This document shows positions 54,576-64,000 of a stretch of DNA of 64,000 nucleotides, in pieces (the stretch's first letter is position 1; each line of letters begins with the position of its first letter). The DNA comes from Octopus vulgaris (lineage: Eukaryota), in assembly GCA_951406725.2 (NCBI GenBank), contig OX597823.1, forward strand, positions 44,950,001-45,014,000, read 5' to 3'. Under the pieces are notes generated by a model. The model worked only from the letters and a program-made list of their open reading frames with translations. It ran no database searches and was not told the origin of the DNA. The position numbers were made by a program, and so were the translations under genes.

Positions 54576-56027
54576 AACACAAACATACACTAAAGTGCAC
54601 ATACGTGAAAACAAACAGATGTAATATATCTAAAGACAGCTTGCTGTTAACTTATTTCAAGAGCAGGGTGGTGGGGTATTAGACTGTTTTTTGATGTTCC
54701 TCTGGAATGTGTGTTGTCATTGACTGTTGAATATCACTGCTGAAACAAGTGTTCAGATAAATGTCAATAAATATTTTTGAAATATAAATAAACCTTGGTT
54801 ATATCAGAAGTTTCAATGTCACCAAGACATATCTTACTGTTGGCAACACCAATTCACTAAAAATCTATTGAGCAACATCAGTCAGCTCCATACAAGTAAG
54901 TGTATAATATGTCAGTCATTTTACTTAGACACAGTGACTGTATTGCACTTTTAAATTTTCAGTGGTTGGTTCTAAAACATCTGGACATACTGAGAAATTT
55001 GAGAAGTTATTGAAAATTTTGCATGTATACTCCAGAAAATTCTTCACTGTTCTTTAGACATTAAGGATTTAAGACATGGTAATGCAAACTTTAGACTACC
55101 TTGCTGACATTGAAACTTTTGGCATCACCAAAGTCTATTTATACTTCCAGAACATTTACTGATTCTTATCTGAAAACTTACTTCAGCAGGGATAATCAAA
55201 AGTCACACACTGACAACATACATTTCAGGGGAACATCTCATCAAATAAGTTGAGCATGTGATGAGAACTGTTCAGAATAATTAGCAAAATCCAACTTTAA
55301 ATATTTAAATTCTGTTACTTCACAGAGCTACTGTTCAGATCAGAGATAATGGTAATGTGGATATCAAATAGGTCTCCTCCAAATGAAGAAAAAGAAGCAC
55401 ATTTAGAAAAGCATATCACAAGGGAAAAAAAAATCAAGAGCTTGCTTAATAATCTCATCCATCAACATTTGAAAACTTCTTTAGAATGAGCTAAAAAGGG
55501 ACACTTTAAGTGATCACTATACTTGATATCTATGGCAACCAAACCTTCTTTAAACCACTCTACTCTCTAAAAGAAAAAAAATACTAGATGAAGTAGTCTG
55601 AGATACACTATTCTTGAGAAAAGCAGAGAATGATTAAGGTTTAAATGTTTCAATCATATGTCTGCATGATCAGAATTACCCTGGGATTAACCTACAACTT
55701 CCTCAGGGTTATCCAAAAATATTCAAAGATCCTGAAGTTGACTTACTTAATCCTTCTTGAGTTTGGGGAAAACATCAGAGATGATTTTATGAGTAGGACT
55801 TATTGATGAAACAGCTTATCTTAGACATACACTGCACACATAGTCAATAAATGCCTGACTTTAACAGGTCAAATCTTAACATGTGACACAGTGAAAAGAC
55901 ATACGTGCATACAGAGATAAACAAAGAAATGAGAAATTGCCTCTGATAGAACTGCTGCTACAACTGGTACAAAATGATAAAGTGTCTTCATTTAAACAAA
56001 TACCTGCTCGACAGTTGATGGCTTATA

Positions 56028-57299
56028 TCAGATCATTAAGAATGAAATATCCGATTTTCTTATGCACCAAGTTTGACAGTTAACTCTAATGTTTTATCCT
56101 GATAATTTTACAACATTGAAGAGTTACATCATCACTTTTTGAAATACAATTCATCGTGTCTGATTTATATAGTGAGTTTTCTCTTGTAAATCAATTTTTG
56201 TGAACCCATGGATAGATCAAATATTTTGTGTTGTTTATGAATATGAGTTCTGTCACGGAACAAATGCATCCCAGACAACTCGAAAATTCAATGCGGTGTT
56301 TGGTGAAGATGTGGTGAATGAGTGCATTGTACATTGATGGTTTGAGAAGTTCCTGTCTGGTGACTTTACTCTTGAAAATCAGCCCTGTGGTAGACCTGAG
56401 ACCAAGGTGGATAATGATGAGTTGGAAACTAATGGAAGTGGATACAACTCAAACTGCATGTGAGTTAACAGCAAAGTTTGATGATTTGATTCCAACCATA
56501 CTGGATCACCTGAAACAAATCAGCAACATAAAGAAGCTAGACAAGTGGGTACTACATGAACTGAACAAGCATCAGATGACATATCTTGAAATTTGCTGTT
56601 CTTTGCTGTCACAGCATAGAAGTGAACCATTTTGGCATTGTATTGTTATGCGTGATGAAAAATGGATTCTTTTCAACTATAGCAAGCATTTTGCACAGTG
56701 GTTGGATAGAAACAAAGTGTCAAAACACAATCCAAAAAAGAATATTCATCAAAAAGAGCTAATGGTGTTTGTTTGGTGGTCCAGTGCTAGTGTCATCCAC
56801 TAAGCTTCATGAGACTGGGTAAGTCAATTACAGCAGATGTATACATCAACCAATTGGACGAATGATAATTAACCTTGCAATTAAACAACCAAGATTGGTC
56901 AATAGAGACAGGCCAATTCCCTTGCAAGAGAATGCTCAACCACATGTTGCACAAAGAATGCTACTCATGTTACAGGAACTGAACTTGGAAGTACTCTATC
57001 ATCCACCATATTCACCAGACCTTGCAGCAACTGACTATCATGTTTTCCAGACATTAGACAACTTTTTGCAAGGAAAAACACCAAATCTGAAGAAGGTGCA
57101 AAAACAGCCTTTTGTGATTTCATCACCTCTTGCTCTCCAGAATTCTTCACTGCTGGCATAAATAAGCTACTGATAAAAATGGCAATATTGTGTTGATAAT
57201 TTAAGAGCATACTTTGATTAACTGCATTGCTTTTAGTTGAGATAAAAAGTAAAATAAACTTTCAGTTCAAAATCAGACATTTCATTCTTAATGACCTGA
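56028..57299 (+). mobile_element. Full-length mariner element (~1.27 kb)
   Basis: TA-tcagatcattaagaatgaaatatccgattt ... aaatcagacatttcattcttaatgacctga-TA: ~30-bp TIRs and TA duplication. Confidence 0.95.
56208..57221 (+). pseudogene. Mariner (Hsmar1/cecropia-like) DD34D transposase pseudogene
   Basis: YEYEFCHGTNASQT...WFEKF...GRP, WVLHEL, RDEKWILF, LQENAQPH, HPPYSPDLAATDYHVF; multiple stops and frameshifts. Confidence 0.95.
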
Positions 57300-59299
57300 T
57301 AACAACACCAACACTAACTAGCAAAACAGACTTGATGGTAGTGAAATATATATGAGAAATATTGTGTAAACTAAAGCAGTGTCTAAGAATTAATTCTAAT
57401 AGATAGAGATTCTAGAAAAAAAAAGTCTTTTAGTTACTGCACAGACTGTAGTATGTCCCTTTACTGCATTAAGTTCCTTTAGGTGTAGGCATGGTACCAA
57501 ACTTGTAAAATGAGGCAAATTATTACTATGTGTAACATGTATAAGCTTCTCATTTATTGTCCCAAAGTATTTTCAATCTAAGTTGTTATAGATTGCTTCC
57601 AGTTAGTTTCTAAAGACATACATTAATAAGGTGTTCAATTGGCATTTTTAGCCACAGATTTTCCATCTTTTAATGTGGGTCTTAAGTTTTAGAGCATTAA
57701 ACATGGGTTCCAATGACAGAAATATGATAAATATATCAAGAAAGTCAATCTGCTAGAAATAGCAGTCATGTCTTAAATCATACCCACACATCTTAAAAGC
57801 TGAAGAATACCTTGGATAATATATGTTCACATATATCTTACAAAATATAAATAAATAAATAAATAAAAAGGTGAATATTCACAAGATGTAAATAATTTAA
57901 GGTCATTGGTTGGCTCAGTCAGGGCAGACAAAAAACTTCCATTATTGTGCAAATTTTTGTTCTGTTTTGCTACAAAAGACAATATCTGGTTTATTATGGT
58001 TGCATGATGCACCACCAAACTCTTCTGTTGCTATTCTATGTATATACATAGTTGTCTATATTTAAAAGTCCATTTACCTTCTTATAAATTGCTAATGTAT
58101 GTATGCATGATAGAATGCTGTAAAACCATTGCTTAAATATTAGAAAACCTGACAGGTCTTATAATAACTGTGATAAGAATTGTTAGTAAAACAGAAGTAG
58201 CAGCAGATGCTGTGGTGGTGAAATCCTAGAGATAACATGGATTCTTCTCTACAATAACTCAAACATATACATTTGGATAACACAGATGAAGTAAATGCAG
58301 CTGACATAAATGGTATAATATACATATCTGGTACATGAATGTGCACATATGTTCAAAATTACAGGAAGATACGTGTACTCATAGATTTATATGTGTATAT
58401 ACAAAGAGATGTACAAAAGCAGGCATATGCATAAGAAAAAAGACTGTCAATAACAGAAAGCTTTCAAAAAAGGCATGTTAGTTGGTAGGTCAGAAAAGGA
58501 TTAATTTGTATTATTCTTTGAAGAGAGGAAAACCTCAAATAATGAAATGTACTATAATGGATATTTTGCAAATACATAATGGATATCTTGTTTGGAATTT
58601 AGCCAATTCCATTATAGAATTGAATACAATATGGACATATACAAACACACTCAAACATATATTAGATGTATACAAAAATACATTTATATATTAGCAAATA
58701 CATATGTATACATAGACAAACATATATAAAAAATATATCTACATATTTCTATATCATACACACACATGTACACAAACAAACATACAGATATATACACACG
58801 TAAACATGTCATCACTTTTACATCTATTTCTTTCTATGCTGACATAGGTTGGACAAGACTTAATGAAGTAATATTCTTATCACCAGCAACACATGCCTAT
58901 TTTTCAAGTGAGGTAATTGAAAGGTTTAGGTGACCACATCAATCCAGTACTTCATTTTTTAAAAGTCTGGTATGTATTCTATTGTTTTTTGGGGTTTTTT
59001 TTTTCTGAATTACAAGGTTACAGTAAATGCGAAAACTCCAACATAAGTTAAGCAGTAAGACATATCACAAATACACACATATATATATGACAGGCTTCCA
59101 CAGAGATCCATCCACTAATTCACTTCTGAGACATTGGTCAGCTTGAAGGTATTTGACAAGATGCCATTGCAGTGGTACTGACCTCACTACAAAGCAGTGC
59201 TGAAGCAAACTTCTTAAACACACACCCATGTGCTCAATAGGACACATTTATGAACACACACATACACACTCTCATATATATATATATCCTCTACAAACG

Positions 59300-59655
59300 T
59301 TGGGATGATGACAGGGGACTGAGACTCCTGGTGATTTGCTGCACTTGAAAAGACACGTCAAGCTAAGTAAAAGCATGGTTGTCCTTGCATACAAGCTCGT
59401 CCCCTGCAACCCTCTCAAACTGAGTATCCCTAATCAAGCAGGGTTGTGGGTGCCGGTGCCATGTAAAAAGCACCTGAGCCAGTGCTGCATAGAAGCACCC
59501 ACTACACTCTGTAAAGTGGTTAGCATTAGGAAGTGCATCCAGCTGTAGAAACCATGCCAAAACAGACAGAGAGCCTGAACAGCTTCTCTGCTGGTCAGCC
59601 TCTGCCAAGCCATCCAGCTGATACCAGCAGGGAAAATGGATGTTAAATGATGAGG
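59300..59655 (+). mobile_element. SINE family S4, degenerate
   Basis: gtaaagtggttagcattaggaagtgcatccagctgtagaaacc...ggaaaatggatgttaaatgatgaggat. Confidence 0.7.
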
Positions 59656-59726
59656 ATTTTATATATATTGCACATATTTATTATATATATAATATATGTA
59701 TAAATATATATATATATATATATATA

Positions 59727-60030
59727 TAAGATTTAGATTCAGATGAATATGGTACTTAAGTTGAGGGACCAGATTTTAATATGGTATTATCCGTACAATT
59801 TCAAAATAAAGTGATTAAAATCAAAATAAGTAACAAGGATATCCAGAGGTAATGCAGTACGATCGTTTCATGTGAATCTATTTAATTGAACAATGCAATC
59901 ATTTCATTACATCAATTTAAAATGTAGAGTAATCTTCAGTTGCACAAAGACATAGAATTTAATTAAATTAGGACACATTAGTATAATTTTAACCAAAATC
60001 TCCAAGAGGATAAGGAGATAGACAAATAAT
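59727..60030 (-). mobile_element. Short hammerhead-bearing insert in a TA microsatellite (PLE pLTR remnant)
   Basis: Unique sequence between TA tracts at about 59680-59727 and 60030-60060, containing a hammerhead core. Confidence 0.55.
59853..59944 (-). ncRNA. Minimal type I hammerhead ribozyme motif, partly decayed
   Basis: Minus strand: UGCAa-CUGAAGA-[long hairpin]-GAAA-CGAUCG-UA-cUGCA; stem III palindrome ACGAUCGU. Confidence 0.65.
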
Positions 60031-60981
60031 ATATGTGCGTGTATATATATATATACATATATTCATCTTTGTCCAAAATAGGACAGAAACAAAAAAGATA
60101 GAGGTATGAAACTATCCCTTAATAAATTGCAGTATTATAGCCAAGGCCAGCAAGTATAAGGCAGCAAATGCATTCTCTGTATCACAGAGAAGCTAAATAG
60201 TCTAACTCCAACAATGTATATCTTGAATAATGGAGCAGAAACTTTCCGTTCACTGACACAGGCAGCAGTTTAAAATTAAGGAATTTTAAGCATTTCTCCA
60301 TTTCAAATAATCCAACTATCTAGCCCAGTTAACCTAACCTGGGTGGTGCACTACTGGAATGCTTTGCATTTGTCAGTTTAATGTAAAAAAAAAAGTGTAT
60401 TATATTTGTGTGGAAATGTTTATACATGTGTCTTTTGATGTGTTCATGAAAAGATGGTGGTGAGATGGGGCAACAAAAACAAAAAAAAAAAAAGAAAGAA
60501 AGAAGAAACAGGAAAGTAAAATGTGAAATGAGAGAAGGCAAAAGGAAGTGATGAGGTTCAGAAATAAAAAGTAGGGGAGAAGGGAAAATAAACAGAAAAA
60601 AGGAAACAAATGTGTAAAGAAATTAAGACAGAGAAAAAGAAAAAGAAAAGATAAACAAAGAAAATAGAGAAAAAAAGAACTAGGAAAATAAAAATTAAAA
60701 ATGAGAAGGTAAAATGAGATATGGGGTAGAAAAAAAAAGAAGCGATGAAGAAATGTAAAAGACAGAAGAAACAAGGAAAGACGGATAAACTGCAGCAGGG
60801 AGAGCAAAGCCCAATATAAAATTAGATCCCTTGAAACTGGAAAACATTTTGATATTAGATAATATAAGCAGGAATTTAAGACAGGGACAATGGTAGAATC
60901 TGAACCAATTATTTGCTTGTAAAGTGACTTTTATTGATTGCATAACAGAAAAGACTCAGTTAATTCATAATTTGAAAATTA

Positions 60982-61044
60982 GCAACACTTAGTAAGCAGA
61001 ATTAGATGTCCAACAGACATTGTCTAATTCTGCTTGCTATGTGC
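60982..61044 (+). other. Isolated ~60-nt hairpin
   Basis: tagtaagcagaattaga (60990-61006) pairs with tctaattctgcttgcta (61023-61039), one G-U; inner tgtc/gaca stem. Confidence 0.7.
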
Positions 61045-64000
61045 AAAGAACTGCATATTTATTTGAGGGCAAGGAACAAAATAAAAAATGAAATAAATTC
61101 AGAGAGAGTAATAGCTGATGGAATTAATCCAATATAATTACTGGTAAATTATTCATTTATTATTCCTGAGGGATGAAAGGCAAAGTCAACACCAATTAGA
61201 TTCAAACAGAAGAATGAGACACCAAATAAGATAGATACTAATATGATTTGTAATGCCTTTGCCAATTCCTAGACCTGATAATAGTGATTTCTTTTGACAA
61301 TGCATGCAGACAAGAATTGTAGAAGTAAAGTACAGGCAGCTAAAACAATCCAGCTCACTATGTGACATGCTAATATTACTGACTACAGAATAATGAAAAC
61401 AGTGAGATTTGACAGAATTTGAATATGGAATCCATAAAAATACAGCTGAATAATTCTATTAAGTTTAATCCTCAGTTTTACCATTAAATATTATCTCTAA
61501 CTTTTGCACAGCACCACAGTCTATGAGAAAAAGTTTAGGGAGAAAAACTCTAGTAGATTTGATTTCAATCTTAGACTGATAATATAGTATCAACCTGAGA
61601 GGGATGGAAAACAAAATAACCCAAAAGGATTTCATCTCAGAAAGTAATACAACACAATACCACATTGAGTTCAAATACTCTTAGAGTTGTTGTTTTCTTA
61701 GGCACTGAAGTGTCTATGCTTGGATGTTATCAGAGCATTTGTTTTCACAACTTGATGCTAATCCCTTATTCATTAAACAGTGTGGACTGTCTTATATTAC
61801 ATAAACTGCAATTAACAGAATAGGTTACTTTACTCAAAGTTACAACAATGCAATTGCTGTAGGCAGTAATCCAGCATTTTAATCTTACATTCTGTTGTAT
61901 AAGCAATTTCTAATAGATATAAAACCATAGTCTGGCAGAGGATTTTGTCAATAGTATCAACCCAGTATTTAACTGCCCTTATAAAAATGAATATCTTTCA
62001 TTGGCACTTCACCACCTTCATTAATTATAGAATGACTTCTATTAAAATAATAATGAAAAGAGATTTTGTGAAGAGGAAGAAACTGAAAATTGTGATGTGC
62101 ATTCTTTTATCTCGAGAGAATTATCATTTCAAGAGATGCAATTCAAACTGGAAATCAAAAGAAAATCTTAGCTGAGTCACCTAAAGCTGAGTTATACTAC
62201 AATTACAAAAACTCACTTACAAAAAGAAAAAAGAAAAATGGAAAGAGAAAGGAATAATATTGTGACTGGTGAAGGGAAATAAGATCCTTCTGGGCAGTAA
62301 CACAAGAAGAAACAACCACCATCACCATGTCCTGTCGAGCAGCAGCACAAGAAAGAATAACAACATCTAGCAATGTCATAGGAATTCTTGGAATGGGTAA
62401 GAGACATTTCTGTGATATTTATTTACAGGTTTGAGATGACTATGCTTCACTGATGTTGTTTGATTGCACTGAATCATGTTTGTCTCTATCACTATTCCTG
62501 TCAACAAAAATCAGATTTTCTCTTAAGCATGAAAATTATTTTGTGAAATAAATTCTCAATTTCTTAAAATTATCTCCCTTCTTCTTTAACACTCACAATT
62601 ACTTCTAGGATTTTGTTTATTTCTCCAACTAGGGGCCAGATTTCAATTCATTATGAATTGGTTAATAAGTCATTTTGTACATCACATTTTCCTGGTCATT
62701 GTAAGAAGAACCACTCACAAGACCAAATAGCTGTTAGAATGCAGAAGACTTGTGAATGTGAAAGAGAGATTTAAACATACAGAGTGATGGTTGTCATGAC
62801 CAAGTGTATAATATAAGATGGTTTTATTTCCTCATCTATCATGTCACACCACACACAATCAGTGATTTAATTGGCCATTGTCTCTTTGGCTTGAATGATG
62901 CGCAACAGATCAAAGAGGATTGAGATAGGAAGAGTAAAAGTTAAAAAGAAATAATATGATAAAGAGTTAGTAATGTCACCATGCAGTGAAACTGTAAAAA
63001 ATGTGAGAAGTAAAGGGAAGGTGGTGAGTGAAAAGCAGTAAGAGAAATGAAACAGTGATGGATATGATAAAGGGGATAGTGAAAGGTGGAGTGAAATGGG
63101 AAGAGCAGCTAAGATAAGGCAAGAAAAAGTGAATAGGTGATAATTGTTACCAATTAAGATACTGGTGAGCTAATTAGCTCTATTTATCACTATGCCCCAT
63201 TTGCTAATGCCTGAAACAAAAATCAACACCACCAACAGCTACAATAATGCATTCTAACAATCTCTCTCTGTCCCTCACTATCTCTATTTATCTATCTTTC
63301 TATTTCCCCTCTCTCACTCTCTCCATATCTCCAAGATGGAAATATTGAGAAAATCATAAAATTTAATAGACTACATTTAATGCATCACTGAAGTAATAAG
63401 ATATTTTGACAGCATGCCCACTGCCAGACAACTGCAAACACACATGTACACAAACACACACACACACATTAGCAAATGTAACAGATACAACCAACTCCTA
63501 CACATGGACCAAAGGCTAAGCAAAATGTGTGCAACAATTTAAGAACAGCCAATGGAATAGCATCATGACCAGTCAAGAACATAATCTGTGATATGAGAAT
63601 GTAATTGATTCTGATATAAACATCAAATTTTAAATTTATATTTGTAATGAAGTGAAAACATGATGTTGTAACATTCATATCTTTTTGAAAAACATTAGTG
63701 ATGTCATAGCAATAGCTTTTAAGCAGAAATTGAAACTGAAAACTATAAGATGAATAGGATAGGAGCCATTTTTGACAGAGTAAAATACAGAAGTTGTCAT
63801 AGTTACTACTTATTTCTACAATTAGGGTTGATTACATATCTTCAAATTTCTCAGTCTATTAACTTCATTTTTATGAGTGTCTTTTTTTAAAACCTAAATA
63901 TGTACATGGTCTTAAAACCTTTACTTCTAAACAATCTAAACAAATGTGCCATCAATTCACAAACCTGAATTACATCTTATCTAAATTTTCTTAATCAGTT

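Noticed and set aside
62213-62407. Cys-rich minus ORF and a plus-strand frame ending at G|gtaaga
   Set aside because: Trinucleotide-like composition, weak acceptors, no recognisable homology.

Overview
AT-rich, CpG-depleted animal DNA, intronic or intergenic, packed with microsatellites and transposon relics. The repeat families resemble those I recall from octopus genomes (inference, not verified). No intact host gene is recognisable, and most listed ORFs are microsatellite or low-complexity artefacts. Best-supported elements: (1) a 5'-truncated Penelope-like retroelement (RT plus C-terminal GIY-YIG, Naiad-like) at about 38.3-40.45 kb, inserted in the (TA)n tract inside a SINE and bracketed by ~105-bp inverted repeats that each contain a minimal type I hammerhead ribozyme; (2) three more hammerhead-like motifs in other short inserts inside TA-rich microsatellites (6.1, 6.45, 59.9 kb); (3) a full-length dead mariner at 56.0-57.3 kb; (4) four TTAA-type piggyBac-like MITEs in two inverted pairs, hAT-like MITEs, several tRNA-derived SINE families and RTE/CR1-like LINE fragments; (5) several long inverted repeats and a pre-miRNA-like hairpin. 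A few weak exon candidates are listed at low confidence. All calls are by eye; no alignment or folding was run.
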